Source: a virus
IMG/VR virus record: IMGVR_UViG_3300042892_002840
Location: 33,030 to 97,029 of that record
Direction: 5' to 3' (one strand)
Length of the DNA: 64,000 nucleotides
Shown here piece by piece: positions 19,165-29,576 of the stretch. The notes beneath the pieces were generated by a model. That model was not told the DNA's origin and did no database searches. It saw only the letters and a list, made by a program, of their open reading frames with translations. The translations under genes and the position numbers were made by a program. Numbering within the stretch: the stretch's first letter is position 1; each line of letters starts with the position of its first letter.

Positions 19165-19626
19165 TTATGCTCCTCCAGCATCTACTATGTTCTCATAGAC
19201 TGATGATGCGTTTCCAATATCATTAATTGTATCATTATTATCTGGCCAATACAGAGAATCTGGTTGACCAGCATCAAATAAGGTTAAGCTTTCCCATGTA
19301 GGGTCTTGTACTGTACTAGATGGGTCTCCGCCATCTACTCCAACCACTTGTGGCAATGTTATTGCGGGAGATGCAACTTCATTGTAATCCGTAAATCTGA
19401 TTGGGTTCTGAATATCAATGCTGTGTACTTCACCGTCAAATGTGTGTGTGTGTCTATAAAATGGAGTTGGGTCATTACTTGGTGGTGTTAGCTCAACCCA
19501 AACCTCGCCATTATATATGCGTAAGTTTTTGCTTAAAACATTAAAATAGACGTCACCAGACTTAGCGTTATCTGGATCTGAAGCCACTGTAAGTAGATTA
19601 AGGGCAACTTTCATTTGACGTGACAT
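19165..19626 (-). CDS. Putative virion protein
   Basis: GDVYFN...IYNGEVW tail-type motif; operon context. Confidence 0.55.
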   Translation of the reverse strand: MSRQMKVALNLLTVASDPDNAKSGDVYFNVLSKNLRIYNGEVWVELTPPSNDPTPFYRHTHTFDGEVHSIDIQNPIRFTDYNEVASPAITLPQVVGVDGGDPSSTVQDPTWESLTLFDAGQPDSLYWPDNNDTINDIGNASSVYENIVDAGGA

Positions 19627-19628
19627 TT

Positions 19629-20597
19629 TTAGCCTACTACTACTACTTTAAATTCTCCAGCTGATGGTGCGACTGCAAAATCAACCTTAATATTATTAGC
19701 ATCATGTAGCTTAATGTCGGCTTCAACTAGTGCGCCTGTTGCGACATCAAAAACTTGAGCAGTGACATCTAATGATCCTAGCTTATGGTTTACTGTGTAT
19801 GATGTAGCTGATGTGCCAAGCGTCGTTACTGATTTTCTAACAATTGCATGATAATCTGTTCCATTATTTGTTAATGTCCAGTTATTTGATGTTTCGTTCC
19901 ATAGAAGCTCTACATCTGCTTCATCTCCACGCTCAACACGAATTCCAGCATCTGTAGTAGGTGTTCCTGTGAAGTTGGTATTAAGGTTTACCTTATTATC
20001 TTCAATGTTAATCTGTGTAGTATTTACAGAGTTAACTGTTCCAATAACATTTAGGTTTCCGCCTACCTGTAAGTTACCAACAATTTCAACATCATCTGGT
20101 AAACCAACTGTGACAGCTGCATTTGAGCCAGAGTTCGGAGATACATCAATTTGGCCTTCTGTACCAACAATAGTTGCTACATAGTCTCCAGTTGTCTGTG
20201 TTGCCAAATCAATGCTAATATTTGCATCGCTAGCATTTGTGAGTCTACCTTGAGCATCGACTGTAAATGTTACTGTCTTTGATGTAGAGCCATATGTTCC
20301 TGCAGATACATCTGTGTCTGCTAAATCTATTGTTGTTGTGCCTGTAGAGTCAGAATATGTAGAAACAATTCCTGTTCCACCTGCTACATATGTACCGATA
20401 GCATCTTGAATTACCTCAAGAGAACCAGATGTAGATATCCACTCTGTACCGTTCCAGAAGTACATAACGTTGTCTTGTGAGTTATAGTAAATCTGACCAG
20501 ATACTGGATTTGAAGGGGCTGACCCTAAGTTTTGAATTCTAGCATTGAGTAATTCATTTTTATTAAGATCAATGCTTACTAAATATTTTTTTGCCAT
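19629..20597 (-). CDS. Tail fibre-like protein
   Basis: GQIYYN...FWNGTEW; AGTYGS...VDAQGRLT; DAGIRVERG. Confidence 0.7.
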   Translation of the reverse strand: MAKKYLVSIDLNKNELLNARIQNLGSAPSNPVSGQIYYNSQDNVMYFWNGTEWISTSGSLEVIQDAIGTYVAGGTGIVSTYSDSTGTTTIDLADTDVSAGTYGSTSKTVTFTVDAQGRLTNASDANISIDLATQTTGDYVATIVGTEGQIDVSPNSGSNAAVTVGLPDDVEIVGNLQVGGNLNVIGTVNSVNTTQINIEDNKVNLNTNFTGTPTTDAGIRVERGDEADVELLWNETSNNWTLTNNGTDYHAIVRKSVTTLGTSATSYTVNHKLGSLDVTAQVFDVATGALVEADIKLHDANNIKVDFAVAPSAGEFKVVVVG

Positions 20598-20611
20598 TTC
20601 TTATCTCCCTT

Positions 20612-21058
20612 TTAAGACAGGTATGCTGTCCCTGAAAATGGTTGTGCCATTGTCAATGTTAATTTATTGTTATTGTTATAGTCTATACCTGTTTCAAGTA
20701 TATCCCCTGCGCTTGATTTAATTGTAACGTTTGGATTAAACCCAAGGTTATGATTTACAACCACTGAATATATTCCATCTACTGGTCCAACTATTTGTGC
20801 CATTTCCCAGGAATAAGAAAAGTTTTCTGGAGTAGATGCAAGCAATATTACATTTGCTCCCGCCCAACTTGAGTCTTCTGGTTTTGGTCCGTAGAAATCT
20901 GATGTGGTACTGTTAAAATAAAAATCTCCAGCGAGACCTAGGTTATTTGATGGGGGCACAGTCCCGCTAAGGATTGTTCGACCTCTTGGACCTTGTGGAC
21001 CTGGAGAAGATATTATTACCTTGTTTTTAGTTTCTGATACTTTTACTGACTCGGCCAT
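20612..21058 (-). CDS. Putative tail protein
   Basis: GPQGPRG; GDFYFN; VNHNLG motif. Confidence 0.6.
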   Translation of the reverse strand: MAESVKVSETKNKVIISSPGPQGPRGRTILSGTVPPSNNLGLAGDFYFNSTTSDFYGPKPEDSSWAGANVILLASTPENFSYSWEMAQIVGPVDGIYSVVVNHNLGFNPNVTIKSSAGDILETGIDYNNNNKLTLTMAQPFSGTAYLS

Positions 21059-21408
21059 TATATAGTCACCGATCTATTAAGAGTCATAAAACCCTCAAGG
21101 AGTTTTATTTTGTTCCCATTAGAATCGATAACCATAACATCGTATGATGACTTAGGATAAAAAAGCTTGTTTGTTTGTGTAGGTGTCATCTTTATATTTA
21201 AAACACCTTCTGGACCGTCAATTGTTATACCACCAGACGGGGATGTAAGTGTTACAGCTAGCTTATTGCCACCTTTTGTATCACGAACTTGCATCTTTGC
21301 AGATGCACCAGTTAGATCAATGGGCGTAGTTTCATCTTCTTCGGTATAAGTAACCTGAAAGCTGAAAGTAGCATTTTGATCTACTTCAAAGTTTTTTTGT
21401 CCTGCCAT
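21058..21408 (-). CDS. Baseplate/tail-associated Ig-like (BppU_N/LtfC-like) protein
   Basis: DQNATF...PIDLTGASAKMQVR...YDV...LLEG. Confidence 0.65.
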   Translation of the reverse strand: MAGQKNFEVDQNATFSFQVTYTEEDETTPIDLTGASAKMQVRDTKGGNKLAVTLTSPSGGITIDGPEGVLNIKMTPTQTNKLFYPKSSYDVMVIDSNGNKIKLLEGFMTLNRSVTI

Positions 21409-21479
21409 TTGCCATAGTCTCCTAAATAGGAATACTCCTGTACTAATTTTAGCACAGGAGTATTTCTAATCGACTATAT

Positions 21480-21719
21480 TTAAGCCTTGTTTGTAAAACC
21501 GAAGTTTTTGTCGTTCGGATTAAGGGCCTTCAAAATTACTGGCGCTACAGCTGCAATGCCACCCATAATCAGGTCATTTGGATCTGTATTCCCAGTCATG
21601 TAAAGAGCAATTGCTGCTGACAAGAATGCTCGCCCGTAAGTTCCTAATGCTGATAGAATCTGTTCCTGCATTGTTACTTTCCCATCTTTGTTTAAATCCG
21701 CTTTATCGAATTTAGCCAT
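21480..21719 (-). CDS. Putative holin / small membrane protein
   Basis: Two hydrophobic segments, ends ALNPNDKNFG. Confidence 0.55.
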   Translation of the reverse strand: MAKFDKADLNKDGKVTMQEQILSALGTYGRAFLSAAIALYMTGNTDPNDLIMGGIAAVAPVILKALNPNDKNFGFTNKA

Positions 21720-21785
21720 TTTATCGTCTCCTCGTGGGCGGGTTGCCCATGAATTTTGGTATTACCCAATACTATAATTCTACCA

Positions 21786-23720
21786 CTATGCTGAGATATC
21801 CACAAGCTCACAATTTCCATCTGAGCTACAAGCAAGTGTAGCTGAAGGAGATGTTCCATCTTCTGTTTCATAAAAAGATAGATCTTCCCATCTAATGTTA
21901 GTTGGCATCTTTGCAACAAGAGCATCATATTCTTCTTTGCTTACCTCTTGGTATGGAGCCTGCTTATATGTATGATCTGAATGCGGAAGGAATGATATTC
22001 CAGAAACCTCGTCAAAGTTTTTATAAACCCAAGCTCCAACCTCCATCCATTCATCTTCTTTTACAGAAACTGTAATTGATGGTTTGTGCTCACACCAAGC
22101 ACGTTGGTATACAAGCCAAATATTAAGGTGATCAATTGCCGTCAAATCGTTTCTTACAATTGCTCCTTCTGGTGCCTTAACTGGAAATGAAAAAACATAT
22201 GTGTCGTTTGGTTTCATAACATCATCTTCTACTGGAATTCCAACTTCCTTTAAAAATGTAGAGATTGGATCTCCCTTTGAGCCACGAACTGTGCGAATGT
22301 AATATGGTGAATGCCATGGGTGCATTCCTGAAGACACTCCTACTAGCTGAGATACTGTTCCAGAAGGCTTTACACATGTGATAGCAGCTGATTCGGGGAT
22401 TCCAATTTTCCCAGATTCTTCTTGATTAATTTCTCTTGCACGATCACGCATTGACATCAAGAATGCCTCTAATGCAATAATATCTTGCTTGCCAGACATG
22501 AACTTGTGTCCAAACTGTCCAGTTAAAGAAACACCTAGCAACCTTTCTTCTTCTGTATTGTCTTTCCAAATTTTGCGAAGGTATTTAAAATCAGTTAGCG
22601 TTGACTGCCATGTTCCAAGAATTGTTGCAAGTTCAACTTTACGCTTAATATCTTCTTTTGTATCATTTTCACGTAATACGACTTCTGAAAGATTACAAAA
22701 CTGGTAAGGACGTAAAATAATTTCTGAGCATGGGTTAGTCCCGTAGTGTATATCTGGATCTCTTCTTCCAAACTTGGCTGCTTGGGCTTGAGCTGCGGCC
22801 ACATTGTATATACCTCGTTCTCCTGACTTGGAGTCATATAAAGATTTCCATTCTGCAATAAACTGCTCCATCTCTGGTTTGCGTGAGTATGCAACAGAGT
22901 TATTTGATAAAGCTCTTTGTGGACTATTTTCCCACCAGTTTCCTGCCTTTGCTTGCGCCATCTCAATATCATTAATGTTAGACAAAGAAATCATTGCTGA
23001 GCGTCGAACTCCTCCAACTACAACAACTTCGCCAATCTTGCACATGATGTCATGGCACTCAATTGGCTTTAGGTTTCTTCCTGCTGCATTCTTAAACTTT
23101 GCAATAGTAAAATCAAAAAGATTAATAAGTGGTTGTGGTCCAGATGATCTTCCGCCCATTGTCTTTAGACGTGCACCTGCTGGTCTTACCTTAGAAACAT
23201 CAATTGCTGGAATATGACCAGTCCATAGGAGGGCAAGTAGCTCACGGTATGCCTTTGCCCAACCTTGCTTTGAATCCTCTACAACAATTACTGTATCTGA
23301 CTTTTCAAGTTTTTCTGGGACGGCAGGAAGCTTATTAATATACTTATACTCAACAGAGAATCCAACTCCAGTTCCACACATCAACACATACATTGTTTCA
23401 TCAAATGAGCGAGGAGAATCAACTGGTAAAAATGCACAATTGTACCCAGCTACATTATCTCTATCCAATGCTGCTCCAGATGTCATAACTGATCTCATGG
23501 ATGGCATAACATTTCGTTCAAAAACAAACTCTTTTAATTCCGCAACTAGCTTTTCATTTGGAATGTAATTATGATTTAACTTTAAATGATTAGTCATAAA
23601 GTCAAAATATCTATCTACTGTTTCTCCCCATGTTTCTCTACGTCCTTCTGATTCTACCCATTTTGCATATCTGGATAAAGCAATAAAGTTCTCATATGGA
23701 TTTTCAATAGTTTGTGACAT
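21786..23720 (-). CDS. nrdJ: Class II (adenosylcobalamin-dependent) ribonucleotide reductase
   Basis: YNCAF, VVGGVRRSA, TNPCSEI, TCVKPSGTVS, C-terminal Cys pair; no beta subunit in the window. Confidence 0.92.
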   Translation of the reverse strand: MSQTIENPYENFIALSRYAKWVESEGRRETWGETVDRYFDFMTNHLKLNHNYIPNEKLVAELKEFVFERNVMPSMRSVMTSGAALDRDNVAGYNCAFLPVDSPRSFDETMYVLMCGTGVGFSVEYKYINKLPAVPEKLEKSDTVIVVEDSKQGWAKAYRELLALLWTGHIPAIDVSKVRPAGARLKTMGGRSSGPQPLINLFDFTIAKFKNAAGRNLKPIECHDIMCKIGEVVVVGGVRRSAMISLSNINDIEMAQAKAGNWWENSPQRALSNNSVAYSRKPEMEQFIAEWKSLYDSKSGERGIYNVAAAQAQAAKFGRRDPDIHYGTNPCSEIILRPYQFCNLSEVVLRENDTKEDIKRKVELATILGTWQSTLTDFKYLRKIWKDNTEEERLLGVSLTGQFGHKFMSGKQDIIALEAFLMSMRDRAREINQEESGKIGIPESAAITCVKPSGTVSQLVGVSSGMHPWHSPYYIRTVRGSKGDPISTFLKEVGIPVEDDVMKPNDTYVFSFPVKAPEGAIVRNDLTAIDHLNIWLVYQRAWCEHKPSITVSVKEDEWMEVGAWVYKNFDEVSGISFLPHSDHTYKQAPYQEVSKEEYDALVAKMPTNIRWEDLSFYETEDGTSPSATLACSSDGNCELVDISA

Positions 23721-23860
23721 TTATTATACGACCTGTTCTCCGCCTTGCGGTGTAATTTTTTAGATGAAGTCCTAGTGTATCAAACTTTTATTTAATGGTC
23801 TAGCGTTAAAAAAACATTTTTAATATATCACATTGTGAGATTTACTTTTGGTTGACTGGC

Positions 23861-23890
23861 TTGACACGGGTTTGCATTTAATGCTATTCT
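23861..23890 (+). promoter_or_regulatory. Sigma-70/SigA-type promoter
   Basis: TTGACA (23861)...TGCTATTCT upstream of 23918 with an AGGAGG RBS. Confidence 0.6.
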
Positions 23891-23917
23891 TATAGTTCGT
23901 TATCTCTATAGGAGGAA

Positions 23918-24469
23918 ATGCCAATGGAGAATATAAAACAGCAGTTTAGCGATTTAGTTCGTGACTGGACGATAATAGCAATGGCAACATTGTTTTTATT
24001 TTCTGGACCACAAGCAAGTGCTTTGACTGTAGTAGAACCTTTAGTGAAAACTGAAGCCCAATTAAAGCAAGAAGTCTTAGATAGTTTTAGTAAAGAGATT
24101 TACAAGCCATCTGAGATGCTTACAGACGAAGAGTTAGTTTTACTACTTGAATCTGTAGGATTCGAAGGGCTAGGCCTTAAAAAAGCTTGGTCAATAGCAA
24201 AGCGTGAATCTAATGGAAGACCGCTTGCATATAACGGGAATAGGAATACAGGAGATAGTTCTTACGGACTGTTTCAGATAAACATGATTGGAAATCTTGG
24301 TCCCACAAGACTTAAGAAATTTGATCTACAGAGTAACAAGGAGTTATTCGACCCAGTAACAAACGCAGAGATAACGTACTATATGACCGAAGGCGGAAGT
24401 GATTGGTCGGCTTGGAAGGGTATGACCCCAAGAGCACAGGAATTTTATTTAAAATTTCCGACAAAGTAA
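23918..24469 (+). CDS. Secreted lysozyme-like / lytic transglycosylase
   Basis: Signal-like N-terminus; IAKRES.G, SYGLFQIN, LFDPVTNA, WSAW. Confidence 0.85.
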   Translation: MPMENIKQQFSDLVRDWTIIAMATLFLFSGPQASALTVVEPLVKTEAQLKQEVLDSFSKEIYKPSEMLTDEELVLLLESVGFEGLGLKKAWSIAKRESNGRPLAYNGNRNTGDSSYGLFQINMIGNLGPTRLKKFDLQSNKELFDPVTNAEITYYMTEGGSDWSAWKGMTPRAQEFYLKFPTK

Positions 24470-24479
24470 AGGAGATGGG

Positions 24480-24695
24480 ATGAGGATACAATATGTATCA
24501 ACTTACATCTCCATGTCAAAAGATGGATTGGTTGAAAAGCTTTTATGCCCAGTAGACCAATCTTTCCTTTTTTGTAATCAAGATTTAGAAGATAACATAT
24601 TCCTATACTGCCTTGAATGCAGTTATAAAAAAGATTTGGGCGTAGCGACTTACGCAAAGCTTGCTTTAGCAGTAGAAGCACAAAATGTGCGATAA
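24480..24695 (+). CDS. Zn-ribbon hypothetical protein
   Basis: CPVD...CLEC; RBS AAGGAG. Confidence 0.65.
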   Translation: MRIQYVSTYISMSKDGLVEKLLCPVDQSFLFCNQDLEDNIFLYCLECSYKKDLGVATYAKLALAVEAQNVR

Positions 24696-24769
24696 CGAAA
24701 ATGCGGTTCAAAATGAATCAGAGCCAATTAGGGTTACTGATGCAATGGGTAGAGAGATGTTTTGGTTAG

Positions 24770-24985
24770 ATGCAGGAAGACCAGACTAAAGAAGACCAGG
24801 TAGAAAACAACTTGGAAGATAATTTGCCTATGGTAAATTATATTATGATGCACAGAGTGTACGACATGCTAACGCTTATAGCCAATAAGGTAGTTGGCAA
24901 CGAAGACACTCAAAAAATGATAGACTATCATGATCAGGGGTATTTATTAGGACCTGCCCCTTCATTTCAACCTAGTGAGGAATAA
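24770..24985 (+). CDS. Hypothetical protein
   Basis: Operon context. Confidence 0.6.
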   Translation: MQEDQTKEDQVENNLEDNLPMVNYIMMHRVYDMLTLIANKVVGNEDTQKMIDYHDQGYLLGPAPSFQPSEE

Positions 24986-24987
24986 AT

Positions 24988-25176
24988 ATGGAAAAAGAAA
25001 AAGTAGTACTACTAATGCTAGAAAAATTGAACAACGATACACGATTTGCTGGAGTTTCTAGCGGTGCAGATATTGCAGATGTAGAACAGCAGATTATCAA
25101 GAACCAGCCATTCTTGCAATGGCAAATGGGAAACATGTACGACCTTCTTCTTGAAAAAGGCGTAATTAAACCTTGA
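24988..25176 (+). CDS. Hypothetical protein
   Basis: RBS GAGG, operon context. Confidence 0.6.
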   Translation: MEKEKVVLLMLEKLNNDTRFAGVSSGADIADVEQQIIKNQPFLQWQMGNMYDLLLEKGVIKP

Positions 25177-25201
25177 CATTGTATTTATAATACCTTATAC
25201 T
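25173..25201 (+). promoter_or_regulatory. Near-consensus SigA promoter
   Basis: TTGACA-N17-TATACT. Confidence 0.75.
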
Positions 25202-25300
25202 TTTAAGGTGTTGGTCGAGTTTTGCTCCCAGTACATAAAGCCCTATTCGGATCCGCCTCTGAATGGGGCTTTATTATTTAGGTGGTATAATTATAATACT

Positions 25301-25459
25301 ATGACAAGAGACCATTTTGCAAAGGCAAATAGGAATTCTAGATATCAAAGTAGCTTCTATAAAAACAGCGAATCTAGAGAGGCTAAGGCTGAGCAAAATA
25401 TAGAAAATTTTTTATCTAAAATGATAAATAAGACTAAAAGAATATTTGGTAGAAAATAA
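25301..25459 (+). CDS. Small basic hypothetical protein (likely start MTRDHF)
   Basis: TGGTATAAT just upstream; coupled to the next gene by TAATG. Confidence 0.55.
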   Translation: MTRDHFAKANRNSRYQSSFYKNSESREAKAEQNIENFLSKMINKTKRIFGRK

Positions 25460-26298
25460 TGTTTACGGATAACGAAAATTTTGAGCAAATAGCAGATCAA
25501 GTTTGGGTCTGGAGAAACTTTGTAACCGAAGAAGAAAATGAGTTAATAACTTCTTTGATGAGAGAGCACGAATCACGATTTGACGACAAAGACGAAGCAT
25601 TTAAATTTGAAGATCAGGCCATCGATTGGTACAAAGACAAGACTGGCCCACTAATGATTGAGCTAAAGCCAATCTGGGACAGAATATCAGCATCTCTATA
25701 TCCTGAGCACTATATCCATCCACAGCTATTCGTTAACGTAATGCGTCCAGGCGATGAGGGAATGTTCGTACACGCAGACAGCCCAGGGATGAACATGGAG
25801 CACGAGTTAACTCAGCTAGACAGATGGAAGACTTGCTGCAGATTAAGCCATGGAATAGTAACATACTTTGGCGACTATACAGATGGACAGATCTTTTATC
25901 CTAACATTGAAAAAGACGGTACTGTAAAAGAAAGACCTGGAGACCCATTTGATTGCCTAGAAGTAGATGTCAGACCTAGAGATCTTGCAATACATGGAGC
26001 AGTTCATCCATGGGAGCACGGTGTAAGAAAGATTACATCTGGAACAAGATATGCTTATTCAAACTTCTGCATGGAAAAAGAGCATGCTCCAGGAACATAT
26101 GAATTATTTGATCCGAACAAGCATCCACACATGACTGATAGAGCAGAGATTATAGAATGGGTTGAAAAGGTTCATCCTGAAACAACATTCTGTAAGAAGA
26201 AGTGTATCTGCGGTCAATCAGGAGATCTTCCTTATTGTGACAACACACACAAGATTATTAATAAGAAGAAACAAGAAGAGGGCAATTCGGACATTTAG
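25459..26298 (+). CDS. 2OG-Fe(II) oxygenase fused to a C-terminal CDGSH-type [2Fe-2S] domain
   Basis: HAD...HGVRKITSGTRY; CICGQSGDLPYCDNTH. Confidence 0.85.
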   Translation: MFTDNENFEQIADQVWVWRNFVTEEENELITSLMREHESRFDDKDEAFKFEDQAIDWYKDKTGPLMIELKPIWDRISASLYPEHYIHPQLFVNVMRPGDEGMFVHADSPGMNMEHELTQLDRWKTCCRLSHGIVTYFGDYTDGQIFYPNIEKDGTVKERPGDPFDCLEVDVRPRDLAIHGAVHPWEHGVRKITSGTRYAYSNFCMEKEHAPGTYELFDPNKHPHMTDRAEIIEWVEKVHPETTFCKKKCICGQSGDLPYCDNTHKIINKKKQEEGNSDI

Positions 26299-26354
26299 TG
26301 CGAAAAGTGCAAAAGTGAAAAAATTGAAGTGCGGCGGCGGAAGAAGAGCCTATT

Positions 26355-26645
26355 TTAATCCCATGGATCATTCTTAGCAAACTCTGCTATATATCGATCA
26401 TCTGAGCTATATTCATATATTAGATTCATTAGTAATAAACAGTCAGAATGGGATTCTAAGTACCATATGTCACATACCCCTGAACTTGCATTCATACAAG
26501 TCTCTAATCGCCTCTTAAGACCTTCTGAGACCCATTCTAGCAAACACTCTGCAATGAATCTGTCAGCTTGGTAGTAGTTGCATTCCTCATATCGACGATT
26601 TTGCAGATATTTAGCTAGTTCGTCTCTTTTGTCCGAATTGTACAT
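26355..26645 (-). CDS. Hypothetical protein
   Basis: ORF only. Confidence 0.5.
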   Translation of the reverse strand: MYNSDKRDELAKYLQNRRYEECNYYQADRFIAECLLEWVSEGLKRRLETCMNASSGVCDIWYLESHSDCLLLMNLIYEYSSDDRYIAEFAKNDPWD

Positions 26646-26835
26646 GTTGTACCCAATCTACGATAGCCAGAGTATTGACCTAGTATGTTTCTTGATCGAT
26701 ATCTTCATTTAGGTCGAAATCAAAGATTTCTACTTGTCCCGCCCAATTTAAAAATTTAGACAATGCAACTCCTGAAAGGATTGCTATCGCAATTAGCATA
26801 ATTAGAGCTAAGATTTTTTTCATTTTTCTCCTTTG

Positions 26836-26910
26836 TAGGGATACTGGGATTTGAACCCAGAGTCGATTGTATATAAGACAATTGCTTTAACCAGATTAAG
26901 CTATATCCCC
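26836..26910 (-). tRNA. tRNA-Ile(UAU)
   Basis: Cloverleaf GGGGATA/TATCCCT; anticodon arm ATTGT-CT TAT AT-ACAAT; GGTTCAAATCC T-arm. Confidence 0.9.
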
Positions 26911-27136
26911 TAGAACATATATATCTGCATTAATATGCCACATATATGAACTAGGATAGCTACGATGCCGATCCAAAGTATTGTCTTCATTTCCCGCCTT
27001 TAATTAATTTCTGAATGCACTCTACACAAAAATTCTCAAGAACTCCTTTAGAGTTAAGTCTTTCTACATATTTTTGATTATCACAAAAGTTACATTTCAT
27101 ATTATTATTATACCATAATCTTAGTCAACTAGAATA

Positions 27137-28018
27137 TTACCTAACTATGAATTTCTTACTTAGGTTTCCTAGGCTTGCAATTTCTTCAACTGAAGTATAA
27201 ATATTAGCCTGATGCGAATAGGTTGCAAAACATTCTTTTCTAGATATATCACGTTTTTCATTTATTTGATCTTGAGTCATAAATTCTGTTTCTTTCTTGT
27301 ACCAATTAGGCATAGGTGATTCAACATACATTCTTATAAATACCTTTTCGCCATTCTTAGTTCCATATACACCATGATAGTGTAATGAAGAGAAGAACAT
27401 TGCATCTCCCGCTTCTGGGAAATACTCTACTGGCTTATCTATTTCATAATATTCTACGCCATTATCTGTAAACTTTCTTTCTGCCGTTTCCATGTCTATA
27501 AATGCTAATCCGCCACCTTCAAAGTCATCGTATGGATATACGTTTAATGTAAATGCATGTGGAGAAGATCCCCAAAATGGAGTTCTGTCTACGTGATATC
27601 CATTAATAAATCCATCATCTCCAAAGCTATCTGAATAGTCTACAAGAAGTATATCTGCAGATCCCCATCCACCTGAATTTACTGCTTCTTCATGTGTTGC
27701 TGGTATATTATAGTTTGGTTCTACATCCAAAGACTTTAGGTAATCCATATCAAGATAATTGTCTTTGTAGTAGTTAATGCATTGAGTATATATACTAGCG
27801 AGCTCTTTGATAATCTCTCCAGGCTCGTTATCCAAGTCTCTAGTTTCATATGGATCTAGTGTAGACTTATATCCTGAGATTCCCCAGTCCATCCAGTCTG
27901 TAAACAACTCATGCTTGTCTACTTGAGATCTCTTTATGATGTCGTATGTTCTTTTGGGATCTTTGAGTACATTCTTGAATACAAGAACACCCTTAGTTAA
28001 TTCGAATGAATCAAACAC
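27137..28018 (-). CDS. 2OG-Fe(II) oxygenase
   Basis: HVD, YPYDDFEGG, YHGV, GEK; paralog of the next gene. Confidence 0.85.
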   Translation of the reverse strand: MFDSFELTKGVLVFKNVLKDPKRTYDIIKRSQVDKHELFTDWMDWGISGYKSTLDPYETRDLDNEPGEIIKELASIYTQCINYYKDNYLDMDYLKSLDVEPNYNIPATHEEAVNSGGWGSADILLVDYSDSFGDDGFINGYHVDRTPFWGSSPHAFTLNVYPYDDFEGGGLAFIDMETAERKFTDNGVEYYEIDKPVEYFPEAGDAMFFSSLHYHGVYGTKNGEKVFIRMYVESPMPNWYKKETEFMTQDQINEKRDISRKECFATYSHQANIYTSVEEIASLGNLSKKFIVR

Positions 28019-28910
28019 CTTTAATCACACAGACTATTTGATTGTTATCTCCACCGTTGCCTATTTCTTCTTTTGAATTGAATACTCTGCACTGCCAGCC
28101 AAACTGCTCAAATCCTTCTTTTTCTTTTTCTTTTAGGAAAGCTTCAAATTCTGATTCAGACATGGATTTTTGCATATTTCTGTATTCTTCTTTAAATGTT
28201 GCAGTTAAAAATTGACGAACATAAAACTTGTTCCCAGTCACTGGAGTTACTGCATGGAAAACATCTGTTCTAAATAGAAGTCCATCCCCAGCTTCCATTT
28301 TGTATCTTACTGGTTCATCAATCATTAGACATTCTTTCTCAACCCCATTAGCATCTGTGTATGTTGACTTTTCTGCATCTTCAGTATTGATAATTAATAT
28401 TTCGCCACCCTCGTAATCGTCATTTGTGTAGATATTGAAATTGAATATATGTGGAGTTCCGCCGAACCAAGGTCTGCGATCCTGATGATATTCCATTGAT
28501 AGATGTAGTGACTCGTCAGTGTTTTCGGACTCAAGTATAACGACATCTGCAGAACAATATGTTGGATGTCTTCTTGCTTCACTCATTGAAGTTGGAATAT
28601 TTGGATCTTCGCCAATTAGCTCAAAATATTTTTGATTAAAATAGTTTTCTTTGTATATCTTGATAGCTTCCCAGAATACATCTAGAAATTCTTTTAAGTG
28701 CTCAGCACCCTCTGAAGTATCATTTACATATTCAGGGTTCTCATATGGATAGGCTTTTGAATATTGACCCCATGGTCTCCAGTCCTGCCAGTCCCCAAAC
28801 CATTTGTCTTTATTAGTTTTTGATCGAATTACAAAGTCTTGAGTTGCAGCTGCGTCTTTCAGTACATTCTTAAAAAGAATTACGTCTTTAGTTAAAAGTT
28901 TATGTTCCAT
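28011..28910 (-). CDS. 2OG-Fe(II) oxygenase (likely start MEHKLL)
   Basis: HQD, YTNDDYEGG, FHAV, GNK; AGGAG RBS before 28910. Confidence 0.85.
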   Translation of the reverse strand: MEHKLLTKDVILFKNVLKDAAATQDFVIRSKTNKDKWFGDWQDWRPWGQYSKAYPYENPEYVNDTSEGAEHLKEFLDVFWEAIKIYKENYFNQKYFELIGEDPNIPTSMSEARRHPTYCSADVVILESENTDESLHLSMEYHQDRRPWFGGTPHIFNFNIYTNDDYEGGEILIINTEDAEKSTYTDANGVEKECLMIDEPVRYKMEAGDGLLFRTDVFHAVTPVTGNKFYVRQFLTATFKEEYRNMQKSMSESEFEAFLKEKEKEGFEQFGWQCRVFNSKEEIGNGGDNNQIVCVIKGV

Positions 28911-29238
28911 ATTGCTCCTAAGCCTAGAATACAATTATATCATCCAGATATCCTAGTTGACTGTAATTTCATATATAGTAGAATGTTAATAAAATATTTT
29001 TTTGGGTTCTATCACTTGATCTTAGGTCTTAGGTCTTACTATATATTTAATATTTATTATTTATTGATTTACTGACCCCCCGACCCCCCTAGAAAAATTA
29101 TACTATTTCTATTTTCGATGTCAACACTTTTGGAATTTATAAAAATGTTAATATAGATTTTTCTTGTATGATACACATATTTAGCAAATTCGGACATTTA
29201 GGATAGTCCGCACATATCAGGCGTGATTAAGTGGTCAA

Positions 29239-29254
29239 TGTGATGCACCTCACA
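29239..29254. promoter_or_regulatory. CRP/GlxR-type site TGTGA-N6-TCACA
   Basis: tgtga tgcacc tcaca (perfect). Confidence 0.75.
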
Positions 29255-29302
29255 AAGTATTTTGGCAAGATGTCCCTAATGTCCGTTTTGCGAGTTGATA
29301 TT

Positions 29303-29324
29303 TGTCAGACCCCCATGTTAAGAT
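29303..29324 (+). promoter_or_regulatory. PafBC/RecA-NDp-type promoter TGTCAG-N10-TAnnnT
   Basis: tgtcag acccccatgt taagat. Confidence 0.75.
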
Positions 29325-29359
29325 TTATATATAAAGAAAAACAAACGAAAGGGGTCAAT

Positions 29360-29515
29360 ATGACTCAACTAACCGAACAACTGTTCAGCACTATCGTGCA
29401 TGACTTCCACAATGGTGGAGTAAAGTCCTCATATGGTTTAGATACCTACACACGCAAGGAAGTCCTTGCCTACCTTATCCGCTCTAAGGGTTGTGAGTGT
29501 ATCAACTGCCTGTGA
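29360..29515 (+). CDS. Small hypothetical early protein (MTQLTE...)
   Basis: AACGAAAGGGG RBS; C-terminal CECINC. Confidence 0.65.
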   Translation: MTQLTEQLFSTIVHDFHNGGVKSSYGLDTYTRKEVLAYLIRSKGCECINCL

Positions 29516-29526
29516 GGTATCTCACA
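29511..29526. promoter_or_regulatory. CRP/GlxR-type site
   Basis: tgtga ggtatc tcaca (perfect). Confidence 0.75.
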
Positions 29527-29554
29527 CGACACGACCCCCTAACCTCCCCCTATT

Positions 29555-29576
29555 TGTCCTACCTATCCGCTACAAT
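29555..29576 (+). promoter_or_regulatory. PafBC-type promoter, variant
   Basis: tgtcct acctatccgc tacaat. Confidence 0.55.

Noticed and set aside
23721-23860. NrdR boxes or a cobalamin riboswitch upstream of nrdJ
   Set aside because: No convincing consensus match, and the gap is too short for the riboswitch.
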